Source of the DNA: Pelomyxa schiedti
Lineage: Eukaryota > Protista > Evosea
DNA: 64,000 bases
NCBI GenBank assembly: GCA_020536535.1
Contig: JAHLWZ010000796.1
Location: 1-64,000, forward strand
Direction: 5' to 3'
The notes under the pieces were generated by a model. The model saw only the letters and a program-made list of their open reading frames with translations, did no database searches and was not told where the DNA came from. A program made the translations under genes and the position numbers. Below, one piece after another: positions 48,945 to 61,512 of this stretch (position 1 is its first letter; every line of letters starts with the position of its first letter).

Positions 48945-50880
48945 ATGAGCCACGTTGACATTCTCCAAGACTACCTTGATACCAATTTCCCTCAGGATAA
49001 TGTAACTTTTTCAATTTAGCAATAAACCACCCAAACAAAAAAGTCGACCACTCATTGCCTCTGTGTTTCTTCTTTGTATTTTTTTTGTTGGGATGTGGTA
49101 GCCAGATGCACAAGAGATATACAGACACTTTTTGGACACGCTTGGGGTGAAGGCCAAAGTGTACATGCAGCGCTACTTTATTTTCAAATATGAGGAAAGG
49201 TTGGCCAAGTGGTCTTTCCCTGTCACACACGAATGTCGTGGTGCAGTATTTGAGAACCTCTCGATTCCAAGAGGACCTATCTCTTCTGGTAATGCCACTT
49301 CTGCTTCTGCCTCAGTTTCCACCTCCACTTCAACTTCCACTTCCACACCAACCTCTTCCTCAACTCTGGAGACCACAATTGACTCCTCAGAAAGCGGTGT
49401 GGAAAAGGGCACACCTTTGCCTACACAAGCAGACTCAGGCTTGAACACTGCAGAACCTACTGCCACTACTGTGACACAAGTGACAGAGAAGGCAGCAATT
49501 CCCAACGAATCGGCTTCCATTTCCACAACAAATTCCGTTGAAGGAAAAGCAACAAACTGGAGGAGACTATCCCGCCCTTTTGTCAAATTCTTCAACTTTG
49601 ATGAAACCCAATGTTCTGTTGCCGACACAAAGCATATTTGTGAAAATGTGGCTTCCTACTGCGTCCAAGAGAAAGCAGATGGCACATGCATTCAGGTTAT
49701 CCCCAATCTCAATAAATTGATGAATAATCGTATTTTGCAGCTATACTGGGTAGAAAACGAATGGTTCATATCAACCCTTGGTGTTATTGTTAACGCCAAA
49801 GTCTTTGGTAGTAAAGATAGTACTCTCACATTTGCACAATCTTTTATGCAAAGTGTGGAACAAATCACTGGATCTCCCTTTTCATTTCTATGCAACCTAC
49901 TTGACAAAAGAGGGACGTACCTGTTTGAGCTATGCTCTGTTGTACACCCACAGATAACTAAATACTCAACATCGCGCGTTTATTACCTTGGGTATCGGAC
50001 AACCCTTGAGGGAGGTGAACCAGCTGCTCCGTTGGATCTTTCCCGCATTCCTGGACTACGTACACCCTGGACAGTTCCATTAAGCACCTTCCCTCCAGCG
50101 GCTCTCAAGTCCAAACGGACTCTATCTAATTACTGTGAACATCTTCACCCTCCTGAAGAAGAAGGATGCTCAGTTCAAAACCGGGAGGGCTTTGTACTCT
50201 ACTGTGATGGAATCCCCGTCGGGAAGATTAAACACAGCGCTTACATGGCTCTTGTAACTATGGAAATTGAATTCACGCAGCCAAAGATATTGCGTGCGTT
50301 CCTCGTCGGGAACCTCGATGACGTATTCTCCCAACTGAATGAGGAGAATCGGGCATTTGCCACCACTGCCCGCGAACTTATTTGTACTATGCAAGAGGAA
50401 GCAACAGCCACAGCCAATTTGCTCCGGAAATCTGTCTCAACCAGCTCTCCTGCTACAAAACAAAAAGCCGATGCAGCCCGCATAATAAACTCGGCCAAAA
50501 TTCACGTACCAGTGAAGACATATCTGTTTTCCTCCCTGCCGCAAATTCTAAGCACTACTCCGCCGGAGGAATTTGTTGAGTGGCTCAACCAAGCCGATAA
50601 GACTGTGTTCACAAAAGTATGTCAAATAGTCCTTGCCAAACACAAGGCTTCCACAAGGCCACCCTCCACGACACCATCACCCCAAGAGGCTACAGGGGCT
50701 ACCAATTCCAAAGAAACAGCCTCAGTTCAAACTACATCACCAACGGAACAAGTACCCCAAGCACCAGATACAGCAGTGGAAACAACAAAACCAGCAGAAG
50801 GAACCAAAGAAAGTGCAACTACACCAACAGAAACTGTGAAGAGAGAAACTACAGAGGAAAAAAAGGAATCGAAACCTTGA
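48945..50880 (+). CDS. T4 Rnl1-type ATP-dependent RNA ligase (nucleotidyltransferase); 2 introns
   Basis: ECRGAVFE and SRPFVKFFN (Rnl1-family N-domain), motif I QEKADGT, III YLFEL, IIIa YYLGYR, IV REGFVL and V GKIKHSAY. Introns at about 49002-49101 and 49696-49740. Confidence 0.88.
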
Positions 50881-50901
50881 AATGAATTATAAATTCTATT
50901 C

Positions 50902-52146
50902 TTATGGGTTGATGTTGTTGAGGGAAATGAAGCCAAGAGCTTCCTTGAGTCTTTCAATGTGTCTTCTGTTTAGGTTTGATACCTTGCCGGACATAACAGA
51001 GGCAATTGGAAGCCACTTCACATCCTTAATTTCTGCTGCTTCTGGTGTGAGTGGAAGAGTTGGATCCAGGAAACCAGTGAATATTTGGAGATGGTCGTTG
51101 ATCAGGAGTGGTTTGTCTGCAGGGTCGAAGACGCCCCACGCTCTGGCTTTACTTATGTTGATGGTTTTAACAAGGTGCACTGCGCTGGGGGGCACAGAGA
51201 CCCCGATCTCTTCGTGAAGTTCTCGGATTAGTCCTTCCACGTTCGATTCTCCGGGGTCTATGGCTCCGCCTGGGAATCGCCAAATTGTGATTTTTGGGGG
51301 ATTGCGTGAATCATGTTCCACAGCAGCAGGATCATTGACACGCTCCTCCAGTGTCATCAAGACATGTGTCTTATCGGGGCTAATCAAAACAATCTGGGCA
51401 CCGGATATAGATGAAGCTGCACTTGGGACCATGTCTTTTCCTGGTGCGTTCCACTTGTAATAAATGAGGTAAGTATCGGTGGCTACCCAAGGCTTGAGTC
51501 CATGCCTTAGTAGATAGTTAACTCAAACCGGGAAGTAATTTTATCGTAATGTGTAATGTGATAGGAATGTGTAGCACGATATACAGAGTACAAACGAAAG
51601 TCAGACTGTTAAGAGAATAGAATAGAATAGGCAGTACCTAACAGCAGCCTCGAGATAAGGCGAACAAGTTGGTGAATTTACCGGAACCCACACATAAACG
51701 GCACCACATTTGTGAGTAGCGAGGGCATAAATCAAGGCCGATTCCAGGAAAGGGGCGTCACAGAGCCTGGGCCTGAGGTTAAGGCTCCCATAAGTCCCGG
51801 GCTTTATGTCCAGCCCCGCGGCATTTGTGGCAAGCAACGCACGGCAAGCCGCAGCGCAACTGCCCACGTCACAGTTGCAATTTGGGAAGGGGCAGAGAGT
51901 GGGAGGCACGGGACCGTCGTGCAGGTGAAGCACGGAGCCGGGTAGCCGGCGGGACATCTCCCTCCCATAACTGAATACCGACTCTGCCCACCCCGGCTGA
52001 TCTTGTTGGCGGAGAACGAACACAACTGCCAAGGCCGGTTTGTCGCTACCACCAACCTCGAAGCCCTCGCCCAACGCTGCACTCAATTGTGGGACTAAGA
52101 CCAAAAAGCGGTCAACAGGTGAACGTAGAGTGACGCGGTGTATCAT
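50902..52146 (-). CDS. Nudix hydrolase, NUDT6/plant NUDT2-7-like with N-terminal accessory domain; 1 intron
   Basis: Nudix box GGAIDPGESNVEGLIRELHEEIGV, preceded by YVWVP..YLIYYKW..MVPSAASSISGA as in NUDT6-type proteins. Confidence 0.88.
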
Positions 52147-52380
52147 TGAGCGCGTGATGAAGCAAGGATTTTAAGATTTCAAGCTACGACCCCAAGTTGG
52201 TGAGGGGTGATTCCATGAACAGGAGAATTTTCTTGTGCCTTTGCCGAGGCACACGGTCCCCTTTGAAAGGTGATTCACACAGAGAAACATAAAGTCAACA
52301 TTCCCTTGGTCTCTACAACACAAGGATGTAAATAACACAAAGTTTCACGTGTTTCCTTGCAAAACAGGAATGTACAGTGG

Positions 52381-54192
52381 CTAGGGGTGTGGTGTGAGGA
52401 GGGTTGGTGTGCGGCCAGATGCGCCTCCGAAAAAGTCAGTTGCAGTCATTGTTGGCTAGTGTTTGTGGCGTGAGTAAACTTAAGGAGGAAAAAAAGGGAA
52501 CACTCACTTGGTGGTCCCATGTTGCTGGGTAGAGGTCTTCTTGGAAGATATTGGCCGAACCCTGGTAAAAGTGGGTCAGAAATCCTGCAAAAGGGTCCTC
52601 TATGACTAACCTGCCGTGGAACTGTGAACCGGACAGGCACGAGTAGCCGTTTTGTTTCCACTAGTTTGAGGAATCGAGCTACCTATACATAGTGATTTAA
52701 TGCCAAGTATTTTGGAGTTTTACTTCGCATTTCATAAAGTCTAGGCTTGTCTTTCTCAACATGGATACGGATGACTGTGGATCTTTGCTCTGGAACTGGC
52801 TGACAAGGGTCAGCTGTGCATCAGCAATTTCGTATGTCCGAATAAGGCCTTCACCCTGAAACCGGTAAAAAAAGAGTGTGAAGTGCTCCTTTATGGGTAC
52901 ACATACCTTCCCGGCTAAATAGATTAGAGAGAGATCCTCATCGACAAAAGGAAGAAGTGTAGAAGAGCCCGTTTCAATTTGTACGTTGGCAATGGGTTTC
53001 GCAATGTTACGAGGGTCAAACATCTATAACAAGAGTAATGATTAGTATTTGGAAGACAGTGGAGGTCATAGATAACCAGTATCTCTCTTCCAGACCCTGA
53101 CCCAAAGCCAATCGATAGAATCCTATCAAGGCGGCCAAGCCACGATACTCGGCCAACCTTTGCTCCGAGATGTGCAAGCACTTGCTGCGGATATTATTGT
53201 CAGTTGCGTCGTTTCTGCTTTAATTGATATTTATTTACATCTACGTCAGGCCCAGCAGAGGGAAAATACCGAAACAATAGTATTCCCTCTGGGGTCGACT
53301 ACACGTAGAACTTTATCCTTTGATATAGTGGCACAAAGGCTTCCATCTAGGTTCCAAGATGCATTTACAACAACTCCACCAGAGGCTGGGAAAGTGCAAC
53401 CCTCAGTGAGTTGCTCCACATCCCATAATTTCGTAATCTTCCCTATTGTTAAAGTCAAAAAAAAAAGTCAGAAATTATTAAGCTACCAGCATCAGATGTT
53501 AGCAACACATTTGCAGCAAGGGGATGAAATTCAGTATAAAGTAAACGCTTGTCATGTCCAACAAGTTCACCTGTTGGTGCAGTGACCACCTCTGTAAGGC
53601 CTGTATCTGGGATGCGATACACTAGAGCCTGATTTCTGATTGAGTTGCGATCATTTTCCTATGGCAGTCACACCTTTCCATCTTCATAGGCAGCAGCAAG
53701 AAGATTGTCATTATTTTGACACAAATCCAAGTCGGTTACGTTGCTTTCTTCATTGAGGAAAAATGGTCTATCATCAGGAGCAGCTCCTGAAATACAATAC
53801 AGTGAGGAAACAGTGAGCAGACAATAGAAGCTGGTCTGAATCACTACTAACCTTTCTGTGAAAGTGGATGAACGTAAACTTGCCCATGTACCAACCCAGC
53901 AAAGGCAAAATATGTGCCATTTGTCTTAATAATATTGGAATCGACGTTTGACACTCCTTTTTTTTGTGTAGTACTCTTTTTAGGAAAGATGCAAGGGTTT
54001 GTATTGAAAAACCTGGTTTTACATTCCCATAGCACTCCTTTAGAATGGGAAAGCAATGAGAAACGGCAATAAAAGAAAATAAAATAAAAAAAAAGTGGTT
54101 GCTAAACAAGATACACCACTCGCCTGCATTTGCAATTCTGCACCCATCAAGTTCTTAAACTTGGACGTAGAGCGAGCACGCACAGCCGCCAT
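52381..54192 (-). CDS. Coronin-family WD40 protein without a C-terminal coiled coil; multi-exon
   Basis: SKFKNLMG, LVGHDKR..FHPLAANVL, SWNLDGSLCATISKDKVLRVVDPR, LLPFVDEDLSLIYLAGKGEG, PVRFTVPR and FQEDLYP. Stop TAG 52383-52381. Confidence 0.9.
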
Positions 54193-54453
54193 TTTCTCCC
54201 GAATGATTTTGTTTTTTGTTTTGTTGTTTCTTCGTCCGCCCAACGGCCAGAGATTTCGAGCAGATCTCTTGAGGACAGGAGTTTTTGGGTAGGTGAACAA
54301 TGAAGAAAGTGCACTGACAACGAATTCTCCACATTGAAAAAAAAAGGGTTGAGTGGAACAAAGAGTTTGTTATTCTCACTAACTGGTTTACTGTTTATTG
54401 TGCACGGGGCAGTCACTAGAAGTAGTAAACGTCAGTCGATCTGTTTCCCTCAC

Positions 54454-56278
54454 TCAAGAGAACGAAAGGCCCTGGGCAAGAGGAAGCTGCTTGCTGTAGT
54501 TGATGGTGCAAGTTCCCCTCTTCATGTACTGCTTCCAGCTGTCGCTGCCGGATTCCCTGCCTCCTCCAGTCTCCTTCTCGCCACCAAAAGCTCCACCAAT
54601 CTCAGCACCGCTGGTCCCGGTGTTGACATTGACCAGGCCGCAGTCCGAGCCAAGGGGCCCGGTCCACGAGAAGACCTCGCCGGCGTCCTGGCTGAACAGA
54701 GACGACGAGAGGCCCTGGGGCACCTCGTTGTTGTAGGCCACGGCGTCCTCGAACGTGTGGTACTTGATCACGTAGACGATGGGGACGAACAGCTCGGTCT
54801 TGACGATCGCGGCGTCGTGGTTGATCTCGACGATCGTGGGCTCCACGAAGTTGCCGGGCTTGCTGCGGAGGGCATGGCCTCCCACAAGTATCTTGCCTCC
54901 CTGCTTGAGGATTTCCGCAATTCCCTCCTCGTACTCGCGCACTGCTGCTTGTGTGTGAAGGGGTCCCACAAGTGTGTTGGGGTCAAGAGGGTCTCCAATT
55001 CTATTTAGTTTGTTAGGACTGCGGGATATCAGGGAATCGGAATGCAAACCTGTTGGCAATGATGTTCTTGTATGCATTGACCATTTTGCCTACGACGGTG
55101 TCGAAGATGGAATCGTGGATGATAACACGCCTGGTGGATGTGCACCTCTGGCCACATGTGCCTACGGCTCCAAAGACAACGGCGGGAAGCAACAATTCCA
55201 AGTTGGCAGAAGGAGCGGCGATCACGGCGTTGTTTCCTCCGAGCTCGAGGATGGTTCGGCCAAACCTGCGGTGAACCACTTCGCTGACGTGAATGCCAAT
55301 GCTTGTTGATCCAGTGAATGAAACCAAGCGGATGCGGGGGTCCTCCAGAATGGAGTCTCCAAGTACTCTTCCTTGGCGGGTGTTAAGAGAATGGAATGTT
55401 GAGTGGAAATGAATACCTGGTGCATTGATCATTGAGCAGATGGCTCCTGGAAGTCCATTGTCCTGCAAGACTTTGGCAACAACCTTGGTCATGGCAATGG
55501 TGACCAATTGTGTTGTTGAAGCTCCCTTCCAAATCTGTTTGCAAAGTCAATTCAAGAAAGTCGGAAGCTTTTTACAAACCTGGCAGTTACCACAAATCAA
55601 ATTGATTGCAGCATTCCAGCTCCACACGGCAGCAGGGAAGTTAAAGGCTAAAAAACCAATGTTAGACCGTGGATGGCACTGAACTACATTTTATTTTTCT
55701 ACTATCAAGTACACTTCCATACACATTTACATTTATACAAACATGTTTTGTGTGATTTACAATCCCATCCCATAATACTCACCAGTGATCAATCCCAAAT
55801 GGCCCAAGGGGTTCCATGTCTCCAAAATAACGTGTCCGGGCCTCTCGCTTGGCAGAACCTGGCCAGCAATTGCCCTGCTGAGCCCAGTGGCGTAGTCGCA
55901 GACGTCGATGACCTCCTGGATCTCGCCGACGCCCTCCTTGGAGATCTTCCCCATCTCGAGCGACACCAGCGCGCCGAGGTCCTTTGCCAGCGGGCGGATG
56001 GCCTCGCCGAGCTGCCTCACGATGTCGCCGCGCTTGGGCGCCCCCATGGCGGCCCACGCGGCCTTGGCGGCGTCCATCGCGGCCAGGCACGCCTCGTAGT
56101 CCTGCTTGGTCCCCATCTTCACGCGCGCGATGACCTCGCCCGTCGTCGGGTTCACGCTGTCCGAGAACGCGCCGCTGGCGAACCACGTGCCGTTGTAGAC
56201 GCCGAGGTTCTCGCGCTCGATGCCGAGGCGCTGGAGGAAGGGGTATCGGTCGTAGCACGACGCTGGTGTGGCTGACAT
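54454..56278 (-). CDS. ALDH7A1: Aldehyde dehydrogenase family 7 (antiquitin / aminoadipate-semialdehyde dehydrogenase); multi-exon
   Basis: [74 protein letters not shown] and LPLAQG. Confidence 0.96.
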
Positions 56279-56486
56279 ATTCTTGTTGTTGTGAGAGACT
56301 GTTTTTTGTTCCGGGACACGTGTGGTCGGTGTTTTTTTATTAGTTTTTTCGGCGAGAATGATTTAGTGCCAGTTTTAAAGGTGAGGTTTCTTCATCAGTT
56401 CCATGAACGATGACGTTTTTGGCGTAACAGAACTGTATCTTTTTTTTCGGACATGCAGTTGCTTGCTTTGTTTTGGTTTTTTTTCC

Positions 56487-58154
56487 TCACAGAGCATCGA
56501 ATTCATCATCTGATAGGGCCAATACGTCTTCGGAGGAACCTTTGGTGCCATCGAAGCTCTGATCTAGTATGGAGAACAGGCTGTTTTCCTTTGGGAACTG
56601 GGGCAATGATAAGTGATCTTCAAAGTGTTGTGAGAGTGAAACCTGCTCATAGTCGTGCTGGAAGGCCTCGAAGTCACTTTCAGAGGAAAAGAAGAAGCCA
56701 ATGGTCATGGAGGGATCCAACTCAGTAGCCGGGATTTTTCGGGGTGTTCCATGGTAGAAATAAGTCTGTGATTGTGTGAGTCCTCCTATTGAAGTACGTG
56801 GGTCGTACCGTGGTGTCAAAGAAGAGTTGGTCATTTGAAATAGGTATTGTAGGTTGCAGAGTGTGTGGATCCAGATAATACAAATAATTATCTAGTTTTC
56901 AATCAATGGTGCCCGCGGGATCGATAGACTACCTTGTGCTGCGAAAAAGTAAAGGGAAGAACGTGGTTTTCCTCCCATGATCCCCATGCATTGAGGAAAT
57001 TTGAATAACTGCTTTAATCTATAGTAAGTTAGGTGTTTCTTTCAACAAGGAAAAAAAAAGGAGAAAGAAACCTGTGAATATAAACTGGGTTAACGTGATC
57101 AATTCCGATACGCACTGGAACTAAAACAATCAGAGGTTTCCACTCTTTCCGAGAAATTACGTGTGGCTCCCCACTTCCGCGAGAAAGCTCAGTTGTACAC
57201 AATAAACGCAATTTGTCTTTGAAAATTGCGGCATCGACAGCCACATACATTACAACATTTCCAGGCTCGTGCATCGCAACAATTTGTCTAATTTTGATAA
57301 GAATTTATAAAATGAAGTGGCGAACATACTGTAACACTAGAGCAGCTGTGGTTGGGCCATACCAGTCGGTTCCAGTTTTACCCAGAAGAATGCCGCCAAT
57401 CCGTACTAAATTATGAATGGAGTATGGACTCCAGTCATTTGGAGTATCAGCAAACCACCGCAATAACTAAATCATTGTTTTGGTCACTTGGCTAATACTC
57501 TGGTGCAATAAGATTACAACCTCTCTTATTGTCCTCACAATACCTGCAGGTGGTACTTGGTCACTAAGTTTCCAATCTAGAGCAGCATTACGGAGAATAA
57601 AGGAACAATTAAGTACCATATCCGACCAAGTGTGTAGTTAGACACTGGGCAAGGAGCATTTGGGCACTTCGGAGAGTGCACCCCCAGCCTGCATCTGATG
57701 TAAGGTGCATTGGGCCCGCAATGGGTTCGAAGTCACATCTTAGTTTGTGGCAATGGAGTTGAAGTCACAAAACGAAAAAACGAAAAAGTAATTGAGGGAT
57801 ACAATCAATGAGCATGCCTGTATGTGAACCACAAGAGCCGAGAAACAGCGCGGGGAAACTATTCATAGTCAACACTACCCGGACAGCAACGCTGCACAAC
57901 AAAGCTCCAAATTGGAAGTAAATCTCACCTGGTTGAAATCGACAAACTTTGTAGCCACATTTGGAGGACTACTATCCATCGATGGATCTGTGCCAGTACT
58001 CTCACTTGTGAAGCACACACCGTGCATCCATATGCCACCCCCGCTCAAGCCTCCATCATTAGATCTGTCTTTTTTGTTTTTATGGTTTGTTGAGTTGTTA
58101 TCGCCAGTTGACACCACTGCCCTGCGTCCCCTTACTTGAAAAGATCGAAGCCAT
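56487..58154 (-). CDS. ATG4: Autophagy cysteine protease ATG4 (C54); multi-exon
   Basis: [48 protein letters not shown] and LDPSM. C-terminal LIR-like SDDEFDAL*. Confidence 0.95.
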
Positions 58155-58238
58155 GTCTATCAAATATTTCGGTTTATTTTCTGGATTTTATTTCTTTTTT
58201 GTTGTTTCCGGTAATGTGTACGCGAGCCAAGCTCAGCG

Positions 58239-61200
58239 TCAGCTGTCGTCCAATGTGGAATCGGCATCGTAAATGGGAAGCCTGAGGGGTGAGATTATGG
58301 TTAGGTTTTTTTGTCATAGTGACCCGGCCAACTTGGGTGGGGGAGATCTACCCAGGAAAGTCGTCGAATGTGCAGAGTTCTTTCATCAGGTGAGTATGCG
58401 TGTTGGTGGAAAACATCTGGAAGGAGGGGTCCCTCTGGTATAACTTGTGTGCCCACGGGAGCACCTCCAGCAGCATTGTGGGTGGGGAAGCCATCCAATG
58501 TGGTACGGAAACGTCTTCTGTAATTGGAGTTGTTAGGGGAACTTTTTCCGGTTATCTACATTGACTCCCTCCCACAGACCATATTTTGTTTTATTTTATG
58601 AATTATTTTTAACCTGCGGAATGTCGGGGGAAGTTGTATTCTGAGTATTTGAATGGAAGGGATTTTATACTACTGCCTAGCCTTTGAGCGTTCCTTTCCA
58701 CCTCAAATAATAGGGGTCTATGGAATACTTCCCTTCCGTTCATCTTTGCCTGTTTTCCTCTTATTTTCTTGGCAGATACATGTAAATGCATACATTTGCA
58801 TTAACATGGGAAAATAAAAAACCCCGCAATGTGACAGAGGAGGCATATTCCTCCAGTGGAGGAAAGTCCTAAGCCATGTCGGTTTGACAATTAGTAGGGG
58901 AAAAGATACTATTGTTCTTGAATCAACTGTATCAGCTTGACTGAGAAACTCCAAACTTTCTGCTATTTCCTCAATATCACTGAATATATTAATGTAATTC
59001 TGATGCACAAATGACGTAAAACGAGAGGGGTTCATATGAATCTAAAAATAGTAAATGAATACTGGCTATGGATCTGTCTCTGGGTACGAAACTTGGGAAA
59101 TAATATCTTCTGGAATACTTTTCATTGGGGCTCGAAAGTTTGGATGAGAGGACTCAACAGGCGTCTCCAGTCCTAACAAAGTAAGTAGGTTATTTTGTGG
59201 TTGTGGAATGCACTTTTGTTGTATACAATCTTCCCTACAGCGTGCAACATATTTAGAAGGAGATCACGACTTCCAATAGAAAGAGGAGACACTGCAGCTT
59301 TAGGAAAAGAGATTCCATTACAATAAAACTGTAATGAATTTATGGCAGCTCTTATATCACCACCACTGCTAAGATGTTAGCAAGTGATTGAATTGTAAGG
59401 TAAACCTCTTTTCAACAAATTCTCCCAGAATTTTTGATGGTATAGTTGAGAATCCCTCTTCTTGTGCAATAGTTTTCAGCAGCCTCTCCAGTGGTGGTCT
59501 TGTTACTGCATTGAAACTGATTTAATGAGAATGTCAATTTTCCTGAAAGTGGAGATACTGGAGCCATTTAAAGTTGTCGTCGGTCTTAAAATTGCGTACA
59601 ACCACCCGGGTAAAGGCGGGAATGTCTCTTGAGTAAAGATCACTCAGTATACATATTAGTGGAAACCGTGCAAATGAAATGAACCTGCGGGGTTTGGTAC
59701 CATAGTCAGTGAAGAAGCACATACCATTCCAGGATTTCCTTTAATTGTGCTTCTTGTTTTGGACCGTGAATGTTAGGGACATCCTCTATCAACATAACTT
59801 TGTGTGCACTTCTAGTAACCAAATCCATTGCCCTAGAGGGATTAATATTGGGGAGGAAAAGGCAAGTACATACCTTGAGCTTTTTACCCATGACTTGAAG
59901 CGCTCTATCTGAGGAAGATAATTTTCAAATTTGCCTTCCAGGGTTAAAGTATGCGAGTCAGGGACATTGACCCATTCACACAAGGTCAACCCAAGAGACG
60001 ATGCAAGCACTTTTACGGCAGCAGTCTTACCACATCCAGAGGGTCCATCAAGGATTAAAACATGTTTCTATTTGGAGATATGACATGCTATCAGGATATA
60101 ACATGCATACAGGTTGGTTCTGAGATGCAACTAGCCAAGTCTTCAGCTCATTAAGTTTGGGTTTTGCAACAACTAGGGCTGCCTGTAAAAAATTACTCAA
60201 GGAACATGCCTAAAAAGTATTTACCTCAGTTTTTGGAATGTGAGTGTCCAGCCACAGTTGGACACCACTAGTGGGCAATCGGACTTTTTCTCCTAAATGT
60301 TGGTCCTGCTTCTCCTTTGAAGAAGAAACCAATGAGGTAGATTCCCCTGCTTGGTGGTGTCCATAGATTTGAGTAGTTGTTGTGGGTAAACGACTTTCAT
60401 CAGGTACTGTATTCGAGTGGGGGAGGGAAGTATTGTTTCGTATAGGCTTTCGCGGTTGGGTAGTTGGTAAAGGTTTATCCAGACAGTCTATGTAATCGAG
60501 ATTGGGGGGTGTTGGCTGAGAAAGTGGCCTGGCATGAGGTCCATCTTTTGAACTGTTCTTGGATGAGGACCAAGGTGCGGTTTTACTGTTGAGTGGTGAA
60601 TTGAAATTGTCGGGGTCATCTTGGCTACTTTCATCACTAATGACAATAGGGTTCTCAGCTCCCTCTTTTTTTTTGGTTGTTTTTTTTTTTGTTTTTGGTT
60701 TCGTTAACGTTTTTGCCATTCGTTTGTCCAGTTCAAAAAACCTTGTGACGAAGAGGCATTGTGAGACTTCTGTGAACTGAGTTTGTCAACTCCACCATGT
60801 GTGGCCTCAGTCCCATCATTGAAAATGCACAACTTGCCATATCTCGCCTTTTTCTCTTGTGCAGTCTTGTTGCCAGCCGCTCTCTTCTTTTTGGCAGTGT
60901 CCCCTGAACCGGTTTTGGTTCTGGTTTTGGGCGCCGCTGCCGCCGACGGTGCCCTCGGCTTTGACTTTCTGGATGCCGTCGTCGCACTAGCGGCAGTTTT
61001 CTTCCCGGACTTGGTGCCGCCGCCTCCGCCCTCCATTTTGTCCTCCCGAACCACGCGCCGTATGAACTCGTCCACGTCGCTCGGGCTCTCGTCTCCATCA
61101 GGCCACAACGACGTACACACGACGCCCGGTTTCTTCGTCGCCGCTGCAGGTTGGGTTGGTTTTGTCCTCGTAGAGGCAGTGGTCCTCGTGCTCGTGCTCG

Positions 61201-61453
61201 TGCTGACTACGCCGAAGGAGAAGAGGTCCACTTGTTGGGTGCCAACCGCGGCCGGCTTTGGGGCGTCATTATGGGCGTCGCTGCGCCTGCGTTTTGGAGC
61301 GGGGGCTTGTGGTCGGCCCTGCGACGAGGTCGAGGGCTTGCCTTCTCCTCCTCCTCCCACAATTTCGCACTCGTCATCTCCGTCGTCGCTTCCGTAGGTT
61401 GGTGGGGGTGACAGCACCCTCAGCCTTGGCCGTGTGGCGTTGTGTTTCTTCAT
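58239..61453 (-). CDS. RAD17: Checkpoint clamp loader RAD17/Rad24 with a long disordered N-terminus; multi-exon
   Basis: LWLDTHIPKTE, LILDGPSGCGKT, LCEWVN, LIEDVPN, GGDIRAAINSLQF, LHAVGKIVYNK, FVHQNY and an acidic C-terminal tail. Confidence 0.9.
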
Positions 61454-61512
61454 ACGCAGCGTTGCCGATCTGGTATCTGCAGGTTTTCCTCACAATCTGT
61501 AGCTATTCGCAG

